Part shown: one piece after another, positions 1-10,720 of the stretch
How positions within the stretch are numbered: position 1 is the first letter of the stretch
Layout of the letters: each line of letters begins with the position of its first letter
Virus record (IMG/VR): IMGVR_UViG_3300045988_137393
DNA length: 64,000 bases
From: a virus
Reading direction: 5' to 3' (one strand)
Position numbers and translations under genes: made by a program
Notes under the pieces: generated by a model
The model's input: the letters and a program-made list of their open reading frames with translations, nothing else
Databases searched by the model: none
Told to the model about the DNA's origin: nothing

Positions 1-283
1 CATGGTGCGAATTAAATGATTTGGAAATGTATGAAGTAACAGGAAATATCTTAGATAATATCTAATCAGTCTTGAACGATTCAGTTCAAAAATTCCAAAA
101 ATCAAAACTGAATAGAAAATATAAATATGGGTGGAAGAACAGCATACCCTTGGGTTTTTACGCTCAAAAATCACTGATTATACATAGATGTTTATATAAA
201 TTAACTTCTGTGTTCCAGTCGCAAGACTGTTCAAATATAGTTATCAAAAAATTTTATTACATATTATAAGGAGGATTCATTTA

Positions 284-1495
284 ATGAATTTTGAAATGAC
301 AGGAAAGTTAAGCATCAGTAAGGAGAGTGATAAGTTTCATCCTTATCAGGAAAAACAGTTTGACTCTGGTTGGGTTCGTAAGCAGTTAATGTTCAATGTT
401 GCTTGTGGTGACAACAGACATATGCTTACTGTTACATCTGGTGCTTTCGCAGATGGACATGGCGATGTATACACATTTTCTAAGAGTGGTGTAGATGAGG
501 ATGGCAATAAGGTTAAGGGAGAGTCATTAAAGATTCCATTCAAAGAGAGACTTACTTCTCCAAAATTAGCAGAGGTTGCTGAATTCAAGAAGTTTATCTT
601 TGACCTTGAGAAACCTGGTCGTAGATATAAACTTGAGAAAGCTGCTGAAAAGGTTAAGGAAGGAACAAGTCTTACAGATGAAGAGCTAAAAGAGATTGGT
701 CTTGAGAGTGAAACAGATGTAAATGCTGAACTTGAAAAGAGTAATAAGAGAAGACATGAGTTTATTTCTGAGTGGGATTTTATTGATTTCATCAAAAAGG
801 TAATTGAAAGTGGAAAGTATTCTGATAAGAAATTCTTTATTCGTGGAAATGGAGAATATCAGTATTCAGATAAAAACGAGAGAGTATATGAGTCTTATGT
901 ACCTAATCGTATTTATCTTGCAGCAGATGATGCAGAAGAGACATCTATAGCAACAATCAACATTTTATTTAACTCTGAGAGTTTAGATGATATGTGTGTT
1001 GAAGAGAAGGGCAAATATTATGTAAATGGTTACATGATGGAATATGACAATAATCGTAAGGGTAATATTCCTGTACCAGTTACAATTACAATTCCAGTTC
1101 CTTCTGATGATGCAGATGAAAAAGCCAAGAAGAGAGCAGAATCAATTAAGCATAAATTTATGGTTGATGATGACACATTTAAGGAATATGGGGCTGTTGT
1201 TAATATGCTGAATGGAGCACAGAAGACAGAAATTACAGAAGATATGCTTACTGATGAACAGAAGGATGATTTAGAGTGTGGTCTTATTACTATGGATGAT
1301 ATTCGTGCCGAACTTGGGGGAAGTGTATACGGTGAAAGAATTAGAGAGTATCAGTTCTTAAAACCAGCAAAGGGCTTTACTAAGGGTAGACAGGATACAG
1401 TCTACGATGAGGACGATATGGTTATCAAGCCACTCGAAGAGGAAGTTCCTGAAGGAACAGAAGACTTATTTGAAGATGACGATGATGAACTTTAA
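284..1495 (+). CDS. putative ssDNA-binding / recombination-mediator protein with acidic C-terminal tail
   Basis: 403-aa ORF with aaggagg RBS upstream. It is the first gene of the replication module and sits directly upstream of a Sak4-like ATPase. The C-terminus FEDDDDEL resembles SSB-type acidic tips. Function is inferred from context and the tail only. Confidence 0.3.
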   Translation: MNFEMTGKLSISKESDKFHPYQEKQFDSGWVRKQLMFNVACGDNRHMLTVTSGAFADGHGDVYTFSKSGVDEDGNKVKGESLKIPFKERLTSPKLAEVAEFKKFIFDLEKPGRRYKLEKAAEKVKEGTSLTDEELKEIGLESETDVNAELEKSNKRRHEFISEWDFIDFIKKVIESGKYSDKKFFIRGNGEYQYSDKNERVYESYVPNRIYLAADDAEETSIATINILFNSESLDDMCVEEKGKYYVNGYMMEYDNNRKGNIPVPVTITIPVPSDDADEKAKKRAESIKHKFMVDDDTFKEYGAVVNMLNGAQKTEITEDMLTDEQKDDLECGLITMDDIRAELGGSVYGERIREYQFLKPAKGFTKGRQDTVYDEDDMVIKPLEEEVPEGTEDLFEDDDDEL

Positions 1496-1503
1496 AAGAG
1501 ATG

Positions 1504-1522
1504 AGGGCATTTGCCCTTTCTC
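1504..1522 (+). terminator. weak intrinsic terminator candidate
   Basis: agggc-attt-gccct hairpin followed by tttctc, just after the stop of the 284-1495 ORF. Confidence 0.35.
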
Positions 1523-1557
1523 AAATAATAATAAACAGATTTTAGGAGGAATTTTAA

Positions 1558-2739
1558 ATGGCATTTGGTAAAAGAAGTACAATTAGTGACAATTTATACG
1601 ATTATTCAATTATGATTTGTGGTGAATCTGGTGTTGGTAAAACAACAGTAATCAGTGAACTTTGCGAAAAAGAGTTTGGTGAAGATGGATATCTATTACT
1701 TAATACAGGCGATGAGGAAGGCGTATCTGCAATTGAAGGAGTCACTTATGAAGATGTACCTACATATAAGAAATTTGTGGAAATTAGTAATGATATTATC
1801 AAGAATAAGGATACCGATTATCCAAATTTAAAGGTTGTTATTATTGATACTCTTGATCAGCTCATTGATTGTACTGAAAAACAGGCGATTGATGATTGGA
1901 ATAGAGAAAATATGAGCAATAAGAATTTTAAACCAGCAAAAACATTAAACAGTGTACAGGGTGGATTTGGTGCAGGATATGATGTTGTATTCAATATGAT
2001 TTATGACAAAGTAAGAGCATTAGGAAAAGCTGGAGTTAAGGTTTGGTACACATGTCATTCTAAGACAAAAGATATTATTGATCCAGTTTCAAGTGCAGCT
2101 TACACAACTCTGACATCAAATATGGCTCAGAGATATTTTAATGATTTTAAAACTAAAGTTCATGTTGTTGGAGTAGCTTGTGTTGATCGTTCAATTGAAG
2201 CAGAAGGAACAGGACGTACTAATATTATTAGTCACAAAGAGATTACTGTAAATAAGGTTAAAGATGAAAAGAGAAAAATTGTTTTTAGAGATGATTCTTA
2301 CTCTGTAGATAGCAAATCAAGATTTGCGGGAATTGTAAACGAAATTCCGCTTGATGCTGATGAATTAATTAAAGCTCTCAAGGATGCAATTAAAAATTCA
2401 AAGAAAAATGATTCAGTTGGATCAAAGAAGACAACATCAAAGAAGACTGCTCCAATTAAAGAAGAAAAGCCAGTAGAGTCAGATCCGATTGAGGATGATA
2501 TTGACGATATTGATACACCAGTTGAGACACCAGTTGAGACAACAGTTGAGACAACAGTTGAGGAGACAACGGAGACACCTACATATCCAGATGATTTAGA
2601 TGCTGTTATCCGTAAGATGTATAAGGAGTGCAAAGACGCAGAACTCAAGGCATCAGTCAAGAATGTAATTGCCGAGTATGGTAAGCTCAACGATGTTGAT
2701 GATGATGGATTAAAGAGAATCTACGACATGATGAATTAG
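1558..2739 (+). CDS. P-loop ATPase, Sak4/RecA-like (AAA_24-type) recombination protein
   Basis: Walker A motif ICGESGVGKTT near the N-terminus and Walker B-like VVIIDTLD. The position next to an SSB-like gene is typical of phage Sak4 modules. The C-terminal part is acidic with a PVET repeat. Confidence 0.6.
   Translation: MAFGKRSTISDNLYDYSIMICGESGVGKTTVISELCEKEFGEDGYLLLNTGDEEGVSAIEGVTYEDVPTYKKFVEISNDIIKNKDTDYPNLKVVIIDTLDQLIDCTEKQAIDDWNRENMSNKNFKPAKTLNSVQGGFGAGYDVVFNMIYDKVRALGKAGVKVWYTCHSKTKDIIDPVSSAAYTTLTSNMAQRYFNDFKTKVHVVGVACVDRSIEAEGTGRTNIISHKEITVNKVKDEKRKIVFRDDSYSVDSKSRFAGIVNEIPLDADELIKALKDAIKNSKKNDSVGSKKTTSKKTAPIKEEKPVESDPIEDDIDDIDTPVETPVETTVETTVEETTETPTYPDDLDAVIRKMYKECKDAELKASVKNVIAEYGKLNDVDDDGLKRIYDMMN
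2518..2565 (+). repeat. four tandem 12-bp repeats (ccagttgagaca-like) inside the ATPase gene
   Basis: Direct reading gives ccagttgagaca x2, then acagttgagaca, then acagttgaggag. These encode PVET PVET TVET TVEE. Confidence 0.85.
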
Positions 2740-2752
2740 TGAGGTATAGCAC

Positions 2753-3232
2753 ATGCTGGTAAAATGCAGATTGTGCGGTACTAAGGTAGATAGAAATAAA
2801 GCATTCAAGGTAGTAGTAGGTGGTAAAAACACCTACTATTGCAATGAAGCTGAATATCAAAAAGTATTGCACGAGAGAGAAGTAAAAGATAATACATATG
2901 AGTGCATTAATCAGATATTTGGATATAAAGTTCTAAATTCTGCACTGTTCAAAGAGATAAATCTTTTATTGGAGGTATATTCTTATGAACATATTTTGGC
3001 ATATCTAACAGAGAATAAAAAGTATATAACAAAAGTTCTTGAAAAGGATTTTGTAAGTGAATATGCAAAGATTCGATACTTCGCTGCAATACTAAAAAAT
3101 AATATTGCTGATTTTAAAATGAAAGAACCTGAAAAGCCTAAAGAGGTGGATGTAGATATGCCAGCTATGAAATATAAGAGAAGAAATAAACGTAGAAGTT
3201 TATCTGAAACTGAAGAAAGTGTAGGTGATTGA
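2753..3232 (+). CDS. hypothetical protein, N-terminal Cys-pair (zinc-ribbon-like)
   Basis: 159-aa ORF in the operon. It has CRLCG ... YYCNEAEY and a basic C-terminus KYKRRNKRR. No family recognised. Confidence 0.4.
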   Translation: MLVKCRLCGTKVDRNKAFKVVVGGKNTYYCNEAEYQKVLHEREVKDNTYECINQIFGYKVLNSALFKEINLLLEVYSYEHILAYLTENKKYITKVLEKDFVSEYAKIRYFAAILKNNIADFKMKEPEKPKEVDVDMPAMKYKRRNKRRSLSETEESVGD

Positions 3233-4784
3233 CATAAGTGAATTTATTACAGGTGTTAAAGAAAAGTATCCTGCTCAATTATTAAAAGGTAGGATTGAAA
3301 TAGAGGGTAATGTCATTAGTTGTTTCTTCAAAGATATGCTTCTACTTGATGATACAACATTTGAGCAGAAAGATTTTGTCACAGTAGATGGTCTTTTTTA
3401 TTTTTCGTTATTGAAAAATTTACGAAAGAAGGGATTTTATTCTCTTGATGAAATTACTATTCTGTCTAATATGAGTCAAGAAGTTGTTGAAAAATTTGAG
3501 GATAAAGGTGGTTGGGAAACGATTCAACACCAGATTGATATTATCAATACTCAGAATTTTGATACATACATAGATATTCTTTATAGAGAGAATATTATGA
3601 TGAACATGTATAAGGATGGTTTTAATCTTCTTCAAGAAATAACAATAGGAGATAAGAAAGTAATTCCGCTAAAGTTATTTAGAAAAATGACTGCTGAAGA
3701 AGTCACAGATTGGTATGAAGCTCGTATATCCAGTTATGGTACAGGATATAGTAGCAAGATTCTTGAAGAGGAAGAAATAGATTTTGATGATGAATTTATT
3801 GAATCTTGTAAAGATGGTGAAGAGAATGGTGTTCCATTTGATATAGCAGGATATGATAAAAATGGGGAGGAAATGAATTGTTTTCCTTTTCTATCACGAC
3901 AGATAATGGGGTTACTTGAAGGGACACTTACTATGATGGGTGGTTTCTCTAGTGCAGGTAAGTCTACTTGGTGGATTACAGTTCTGATGGCACTTCTACA
4001 TTATGATCGAAAAATTCTTATTATCTCCAATGAGGAGAATATCAAAAAATTCAAGATAAAATTCATGGTCTGGTTACTTGGAAAACGCAATAGATATTTC
4101 AAACTTACAAAAAAGAAAATGACATCTGGCGATATAAATGCAGAGAGTAGAGAGCAATTAACGGATGTTCAGAAGTTTTGGAGAGAGAATTATAAAGGAA
4201 GAGTCAAATTTATCTCTATCAATGACGCAGATATGAGAGTGGTTAAAAAGAAAATTCGTGAAAATGTTTTGAGACATGGATATGATACGGTGTTATATGA
4301 CACGTTCAAAATTCAAGAAGGAGATTTTTCATCTGCTAGGCAAGACTTATCACTTGTAAGAGATAGCCGAGAACTTGATAAATTAGCAAAAAAATATAAT
4401 TTGATTATGCTCGCTTCTGTTCAGTTAGCGGAATACATGAAGGGCAAACTGTTTCTTGACGCAAGTTGTTTAAGTAATGCAAAGCAAATTAAGGAAATTT
4501 TGGAAAATCTATTCTTAATGCGAACTGTATATGCGGAAGAATTGGACGAAAAAAGTAAATACTATTGTCGTCCGTTTAGGCTCAAAAAAGTTAATGATAA
4601 ATGGATAGAAGAAGAATATAAACCAGATCCTAATGCAGTATGGCGAATGTGTTTTACAGAGAAATGCCGTAGTGGTGCTAATTCAAGCGATAATGGCATT
4701 GCATATTTACTGAAATATGATGGTGATCATTGCATTTTCCGTGAAGTGGCACAATGCCGTCCTCGACACGGTGAAATAAAATAA
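3225..4784 (+). CDS. DnaB-like replicative helicase
   Basis: Walker A GGFSSAGKST, Walker B-like TVLYDTF and a DnaB H3-like ASVQLAE. Its size and position upstream of the primase fit. Confidence 0.75.
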   Translation: MIDISEFITGVKEKYPAQLLKGRIEIEGNVISCFFKDMLLLDDTTFEQKDFVTVDGLFYFSLLKNLRKKGFYSLDEITILSNMSQEVVEKFEDKGGWETIQHQIDIINTQNFDTYIDILYRENIMMNMYKDGFNLLQEITIGDKKVIPLKLFRKMTAEEVTDWYEARISSYGTGYSSKILEEEEIDFDDEFIESCKDGEENGVPFDIAGYDKNGEEMNCFPFLSRQIMGLLEGTLTMMGGFSSAGKSTWWITVLMALLHYDRKILIISNEENIKKFKIKFMVWLLGKRNRYFKLTKKKMTSGDINAESREQLTDVQKFWRENYKGRVKFISINDADMRVVKKKIRENVLRHGYDTVLYDTFKIQEGDFSSARQDLSLVRDSRELDKLAKKYNLIMLASVQLAEYMKGKLFLDASCLSNAKQIKEILENLFLMRTVYAEELDEKSKYYCRPFRLKKVNDKWIEEEYKPDPNAVWRMCFTEKCRSGANSSDNGIAYLLKYDGDHCIFREVAQCRPRHGEIK

Positions 4785-4802
4785 CAAATTATGGAGTGAT
4801 AT

Positions 4803-5831
4803 ATGTTAGCTGATGTTAAAAAAGAACTGATAAATCACCCAGATAAGCTAAAAGATGTTCTTGAACATTTTGGCTATTGTAACATAGTAATTCGTCCCAA
4901 ATATATTTCATTTGGGCGAGATGAGAAATCTTCAAAGAAAAGTATAGTAATCAATCTTGAAAACAATGAATACCTGTACATTATAGATTATGCAAGAAAT
5001 ATCAGAAAGGATATTTTTTCATATATTATTAAACAAAGAAAAGTTGAATTCATAGATGTCCTTAATGAAGTAAGACATGCATTAGGTATTACAGATTACT
5101 ATGATTTCTTTGATAATAGAGGAATTTTTGGAGGATTTTATGAGAAGATTAGAAAACGAAGAACAAATAAAGTCAATACATATGATGATTCCATCTTAAA
5201 TTGCTATGTTAATTGTGGGAATACGAAGTTTCTTGCTGATAATATATCACTTCTTTCACAAAAATTTTTTGATATAAGATATGACATAGAATCACAAGGT
5301 ATCGTTATCCCTATAAGAAATCAGTTTGGACAGCTTATGGGTGTCAAGGAACGATTTAATTATGATGTTGCTGATGGTGAAATGAAATATTTTTATGCTG
5401 TACCTTGCAGTATGAGTCAAACATTATTTGGTTATTCTCAAAATTATGAATTCTTAGTAGATAATACTATCTACATCTTTGAAGCGGAAAAGAGTTGTAT
5501 GCAATGCTTTTCTTATGGAATAAGAAATTGTGTATCTCTTGGAAGCGGATCTATTTCTATTCAACAAGTCAAAATGTTACTCGAATTAAATCCCAAAAAG
5601 ATAATTTTCCTGCATGACGTAGGATATGGATTAGAGAATATTATGAGAAACATTGACATGGTAAAGAATTATTCTAGGTTCACAGAGATAGAACTTGGAT
5701 ATTGGAGTTATTTTGGACGAGGATATAAGGATAAAGTTTCGCCATCTGATTTAGGAAAAGAATGTTTAGAAAATATTTTGCAGAATGAAATAACAATGAT
5801 TGGAGATGAGGATGACGAAGACGAATTATAG
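4803..5831 (+). CDS. Toprim-domain primase-like protein
   Basis: Toprim-like IYIFEAEKS (Glu) and IIFLHDVGYG (acidic pair). It follows the helicase. Acidic tail GDEDDEDEL. No obvious zinc finger. Confidence 0.5.
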   Translation: MLADVKKELINHPDKLKDVLEHFGYCNIVIRPKYISFGRDEKSSKKSIVINLENNEYLYIIDYARNIRKDIFSYIIKQRKVEFIDVLNEVRHALGITDYYDFFDNRGIFGGFYEKIRKRRTNKVNTYDDSILNCYVNCGNTKFLADNISLLSQKFFDIRYDIESQGIVIPIRNQFGQLMGVKERFNYDVADGEMKYFYAVPCSMSQTLFGYSQNYEFLVDNTIYIFEAEKSCMQCFSYGIRNCVSLGSGSISIQQVKMLLELNPKKIIFLHDVGYGLENIMRNIDMVKNYSRFTEIELGYWSYFGRGYKDKVSPSDLGKECLENILQNEITMIGDEDDEDEL

Positions 5832-7416
5832 AATACTAAATGATTGTCGTGGAATGTATGAGGATGAAGTATTTGATACGATTTTAAGTCAAAGAGGAAT
5901 TAATGATGTTGAACATTTTTTGACTCCTACAGAAGATGATTTGCTTCCCCTAGATTCATTACTTCGTATTGACGAGGCATATCAAAGAGTAGATAGAGCA
6001 ATTGTAAATAATGAGCGTATTGGAATTTTATTTGATACAGATTTAGATGGAATTACATCAGGAACAATAATGACCAGGTATTTCAGGCATTCTACTGATA
6101 ACATTAAAACTTATATTGATGAGGGTAAAATGCATGGTTTGATTGGGCAAGATTTATCTCAGTTTGAAGGCATTGATTTACTTTTTATTGTAGATAGTTT
6201 GGATAAAGATATATCTCAATATAAGTTATTAAAAGAAATGGGAGTAGATGTAATTGTACTCGATCATCATGCAATTAAGGAGAAAGAATCATATGATGAT
6301 TATGTAATTCTTGTATCTTCCCAGAGGAATTATGAAAATGCCCAACTATCAGGTGCAGGTGTTGTATGGAAGTTTTGTAAATATCTTGATGAACAATATC
6401 TTACAGATTATGCAGATGAACTTGTTGATTTAGCTGCATGTGGTCTTGTTGGAGATATGATGGATATGACTGTTATGGAGAATAGATATATTGTATCTAA
6501 GGGATTAGAGAAGATATATAATCCAGCAGTTAAGAAAATTGTTGGTGGCTTTGAGTTTAATAGTACCGCTATTGCATTCAGCATTGCACCAATTGTCAAT
6601 GCAAGTAATCGCATGGGTAAAAATGAAATTGCTATGAAAGCATTTTTGGAAGACGAAAATAAACAGGTTTTGGCTTACGTGAAAGAATTAAAAAAATGCA
6701 AGGAAGAACAAAACAAAGAAGTAGATAGATTATTACCCGATGTGTTGAAACAATGCGATACTCAAGTAGACAAGAAGATGATTATTACATATATAGATAC
6801 ACCTTATGGTGTTAGTGGATTACTTGGAAATAAGTTATTGGAAAGGTATCAAAAACCTATTCTTGTTCTAAAAGACATTAAGGATACATTTTCTGGTTCA
6901 ATGAGAGCAATTGGTGTAGATGATTTTCGCCAGATTTGTAACGACAGTGGTTTTGCAAAAGCAGATGGACATGAATTAGCAAGTGGTATTACTATAAAAA
7001 AATCTGACATTGATAAGTTTGCATTATATATAGAAGGAACTCTTCCAGAATTGGAATCTGACACTTCTATAAATGTAGATATTCAGATTAATATTTCAGA
7101 TGTTACTCGCAAACTTGTAGAGAATATAAAGAAGATAGATAAAATATCTGGTACAAATTTTAAGCCTGTAAAAGTATTTATTGATGGTATTGATGAATAT
7201 GAAATCGGTCAAATGAGTGACTATAAACATCTTGTAATAAAACCAAATGATTATCTACAAATTATCAAATGGAATTTTGATGGTTCATTTGACGAGATGG
7301 AGGATCATTCGATGATGAATGATGAGTTGGAAATTGTATGTACACTTGATTCGGGATTTTTTGGTAGAAAATTTGTATTAAAAGCAATATGTGATGAGAT
7401 TAAGGAGGTGGCTTGA
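5800..7416 (+). CDS. RecJ-like DHH-family ssDNA exonuclease
   Basis: DHH motifs FDTDLDGITSG and VIVLDHHAI, plus DHHA1-like ADGHELASG. The start is ambiguous (Met codons at 5800, 5806 and 5812 overlap the primase tail). Confidence 0.7.
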   Translation: MEMRMTKTNYRILNDCRGMYEDEVFDTILSQRGINDVEHFLTPTEDDLLPLDSLLRIDEAYQRVDRAIVNNERIGILFDTDLDGITSGTIMTRYFRHSTDNIKTYIDEGKMHGLIGQDLSQFEGIDLLFIVDSLDKDISQYKLLKEMGVDVIVLDHHAIKEKESYDDYVILVSSQRNYENAQLSGAGVVWKFCKYLDEQYLTDYADELVDLAACGLVGDMMDMTVMENRYIVSKGLEKIYNPAVKKIVGGFEFNSTAIAFSIAPIVNASNRMGKNEIAMKAFLEDENKQVLAYVKELKKCKEEQNKEVDRLLPDVLKQCDTQVDKKMIITYIDTPYGVSGLLGNKLLERYQKPILVLKDIKDTFSGSMRAIGVDDFRQICNDSGFAKADGHELASGITIKKSDIDKFALYIEGTLPELESDTSINVDIQINISDVTRKLVENIKKIDKISGTNFKPVKVFIDGIDEYEIGQMSDYKHLVIKPNDYLQIIKWNFDGSFDEMEDHSMMNDELEIVCTLDSGFFGRKFVLKAICDEIKEVA

Positions 7417-10400
7417 TATTTCTGATATTGAATTAGTTAAAAAAATTATTCCAACATTAACGTTTAAATTTCCTTATTCCGCAGAAGATTATGTGAAAAA
7501 TTTATATCTTGAAAATTATCATTGCCATAAAGATTTTAGTAATACATCTACCCCAGATTGTGCTGAATCAATTAATGCATACGCTGATAGAGTACATGAG
7601 TTTGGAACAAAATGTTTATATTCTGGCGAACATGGTTCACAAGGCAATCAGTTCCAAGTATATAAAGTTGCTGAGAGTGAACATCTTAAATATATACATT
7701 CATCTGAAGTATATTGGGTAAAAGATAGAAAAGAAAAAGATAGAGCAAATTGTCATATGATTGTAGCAGCTAAAAATGCTGAAGGTCGTGGAGACATTAA
7801 TTTTGCTTTATCTATGGCAAATATTGATGGATATTATTATAAGCCACGTATTGACTTGGAATTATTATTTAATATTCCAAAGGACAATGTGATTGTAACG
7901 TCAGCTTGTGTTGCAGGTTGGAATTATAAAGATGCAGAAGATATATGGCTTAAAATACACAAATATTTCGGAAATAATTTCTTTTTAGAAGTTCAGTATC
8001 ATAACACTGATAAACAGAAAGAACTTAATAAAAAGATTTTAAGAATTGCAAAAGAACATAATATCCAGATTATATGTGGCCTTGATAGTCATTATGTTAA
8101 AGAAGAAAATGCAGTTAAGCGTGACCAGATTCTGAAATATAAAAACATTAATTATCCAGATGAGGAAGGTTGGTATCTTGATTATCCTGATACTCAAACA
8201 GTAATTAAAAGATTTGAAGAACAAGGTGTTTTAAATAGAGAAGAAATATATAGAGCAATTATGAATACAAATGTTTTTGTGGCAGAATGTGAAGAAATTG
8301 TTCTTGATAGAAAATTTAAAATTCCGAGTGTTTACAAAGGAAAAACCTATAAAGAAAAATGTAAAATTTACAAAGATGTTCTTAATAAAGCTTATGCAAA
8401 AGAAAAAGAAAAGTCAAAAGAAAAAGCCGATGGTATTCGATATGAAGCAAAACAAGTTATGGAAGCTGGTGTTGTGGATTATTTCTTAACAAGTAAGGCT
8501 ATTGTAGATGATGCAATAAAAAATGAAAGTGGTATTTTAACAACTACTTCAAGAGGTAGTGCTGCATCATTTATAACAAATAAGCTTTTAGGTCTTACAA
8601 CTGTTGATAGATTCAACGCTGACATTCCTATTTATCCTGAACGTTTCTTAACTAAGGAACGTGTATTGGCTGGTCAGATGCCAGATATTGATTTGAATGT
8701 TGCTACACAAGAACCATTTGTTAAAGCAGCAAGAAAATTATTGGGGGAACATGGCTGTTACCCATTAATGGCAATAGAAAAACTTAAAGAAAAGGCAGCT
8801 TGGCAGTTATATGCAGGTGCAAACGAAGTTAAACCAGAGGATGCGAATCAGATTTCAAAATATCTTGATGAGTATAATAAGGCATTAAAATATGCGGATG
8901 AAGATGAAAAGGATGATATTCATGTAGAAGATTATATCCCTGAAGAGTATACAGAATTATTCAAACAGAGTAATGAATACCAGGGGATCACAATCAATTT
9001 GAAAGTACATGCTTGTGGTCATTTTATCTTTGATGGCGATATTCGTAGAGAAGTAGGATTAATAAGTGCTGTTTCTGAATCAACTGGCAAAAGAACAGTA
9101 TGTGCAGCTATTGAAGGTGGTTATCTTGATGAATTCGGATATGTAAAAGAGGATTTTCTTATTGTAGATAGTGTTTATCTTACATATAAATTTTTTCATA
9201 GTATTGGCATGGAAGTTCCGACATTTGATGAACTAAGACATATGATTGATGGTGATAAAAAAACATGGAATATTTATGCAAATGGTATTACATGTTGTGT
9301 TAATCAGTGTGAGAAAGAAGCGACCACTAATCGAGTGAAGAAGTATAAACCGCAAAATCTAGCAGAGTTAAGTAGTTTCATTGCAGCAATTCGACCAGGT
9401 TTTGCGTCATTACTTAGCACATTCTTGAATCGTGAGCCATATACTACAGGCGAGAAAAAAATTGATGATTTATTATCTGATACTGCACATTTCATGATTT
9501 ATCAGGAATCTATTATGAAAGTATTGTCATTCTTGGAATTGAAAATGGCTGAAACATATGGAGTTATTAAAAATATTTCAAAAAAGAAATATAAATTACA
9601 TCCTGAAATGTTAAAAGAATTACAGGAACGATTAATAGAAGGTTGGAAAGCAGAAATCGGCAAGACAGATAATTTTAATAATGTTTGGAATGTAATAGAG
9701 TCTTCTGGATCATACGCATTTAATTCTCCACATGCCTATTCAATGGGTGGAGATTCTGCCTATCAAGCATGGTTTAAAGCACATCATACTAAAACATTTT
9801 ATGAAGTAGCAATCAATCATTATCAGGAAAAGAATAAAAAGGATAAGATAGATGCTCTTGTTAAAGAAGCAATTAAATTTTGGGGATATAAATTAGGTGA
9901 TTATGAATTTGGTGCAGATAACAGAAAAGTGACGATTAATGAAGAGAATAAATTAATATATCCAAATTTGTCAAGTGTAAAAGGCTTTGGTGAGGGGGTT
10001 GTTGATGCTCTTTATGAATTAGGGCAATCGGAGTATAAAACATTTACCGATGTATTAACTGCACTATTTTCAAATTCAATTAATAAGACCATTGTTAATA
10101 AACTTATTAGAATCAATTATTTTAAGAAATATGGTGATGTAAATACTTTACTTGAGATTACAAGATTATATGATTTGTTGAATGGTGCGAAACAGATTTC
10201 TAAAGATAAAGCTGAAAAGAATAATATTCCATTTGATATACTTGAGAAACATGGAAATGAGACAGCCAAACAATTTAATAAACTTGACTCAGAACAAATT
10301 ATTAAGGAATTGATTTCTAATATTCCTTATAGAGAATTAACTTTAAAGGAAAGGCTTGATAATCAGAGAGAAGTTCTTGGTATTGTCAGTGACTCGGATT

Positions 10401-10720
10401 CAAAAGTAAGCAAACGTCTATATTATGTTTCTGAACTTGATATTAAAAAATCTATTGTAAATGTTCATCTTTTTGAAATCTATAGTGGTAAAACACGAGA
10501 AGTAAAAATGTGGACAAGTCAGTATAATCGAAATCCATTTGATCTAGGAGCAATTCTATATATTATTTCTCTTGAAAAGAAGAATAAAAAAGAGCCAACT
10601 GGTGAAATAAATCCAGTTACAGGTAAGAAAATTTATAAAGAAGTACCTGATAAATTTGAATTTTGGTTAAGCAAATTTGTAATAAAAAATGATATTGAGG
10701 AGGACGAAGACGATTTTTAA
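7391..10720 (+). CDS. dnaE: DNA polymerase III alpha subunit (DnaE-type, PHP domain)
   Basis: 1109 aa. N-terminal PHP-like YHCHKDFSN ... GLDSHY, and the palm motif GQMPDIDLNV typical of C-family polymerases. The start (7391 GTG or 7394 ATG) is uncertain because the strong aaggagg lies downstream of both. Confidence 0.85.
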   Translation: MMRLRRWLDISDIELVKKIIPTLTFKFPYSAEDYVKNLYLENYHCHKDFSNTSTPDCAESINAYADRVHEFGTKCLYSGEHGSQGNQFQVYKVAESEHLKYIHSSEVYWVKDRKEKDRANCHMIVAAKNAEGRGDINFALSMANIDGYYYKPRIDLELLFNIPKDNVIVTSACVAGWNYKDAEDIWLKIHKYFGNNFFLEVQYHNTDKQKELNKKILRIAKEHNIQIICGLDSHYVKEENAVKRDQILKYKNINYPDEEGWYLDYPDTQTVIKRFEEQGVLNREEIYRAIMNTNVFVAECEEIVLDRKFKIPSVYKGKTYKEKCKIYKDVLNKAYAKEKEKSKEKADGIRYEAKQVMEAGVVDYFLTSKAIVDDAIKNESGILTTTSRGSAASFITNKLLGLTTVDRFNADIPIYPERFLTKERVLAGQMPDIDLNVATQEPFVKAARKLLGEHGCYPLMAIEKLKEKAAWQLYAGANEVKPEDANQISKYLDEYNKALKYADEDEKDDIHVEDYIPEEYTELFKQSNEYQGITINLKVHACGHFIFDGDIRREVGLISAVSESTGKRTVCAAIEGGYLDEFGYVKEDFLIVDSVYLTYKFFHSIGMEVPTFDELRHMIDGDKKTWNIYANGITCCVNQCEKEATTNRVKKYKPQNLAELSSFIAAIRPGFASLLSTFLNREPYTTGEKKIDDLLSDTAHFMIYQESIMKVLSFLELKMAETYGVIKNISKKKYKLHPEMLKELQERLIEGWKAEIGKTDNFNNVWNVIESSGSYAFNSPHAYSMGGDSAYQAWFKAHHTKTFYEVAINHYQEKNKKDKIDALVKEAIKFWGYKLGDYEFGADNRKVTINEENKLIYPNLSSVKGFGEGVVDALYELGQSEYKTFTDVLTALFSNSINKTIVNKLIRINYFKKYGDVNTLLEITRLYDLLNGAKQISKDKAEKNNIPFDILEKHGNETAKQFNKLDSEQIIKELISNIPYRELTLKERLDNQREVLGIVSDSDSKVSKRLYYVSELDIKKSIVNVHLFEIYSGKTREVKMWTSQYNRNPFDLGAILYIISLEKKNKKEPTGEINPVTGKKIYKEVPDKFEFWLSKFVIKNDIEEDEDDF

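Noticed and set aside
346-795. 149-aa minus-strand ORF, and similar antisense ORFs inside larger genes (for example 2298-2690, 20225-20683, 21253-21657, 22018-22287, 34537-35199, 37409-38970, 54259-54612, 57106-57533, 58075-58907, 59736-60101, 61051-61516).
   Set aside because: Each lies entirely within a longer ORF on the opposite strand that has a recognisable motif and/or a strong RBS. None has a Shine-Dalgarno. Their low-complexity compositions are typical of antisense translation.
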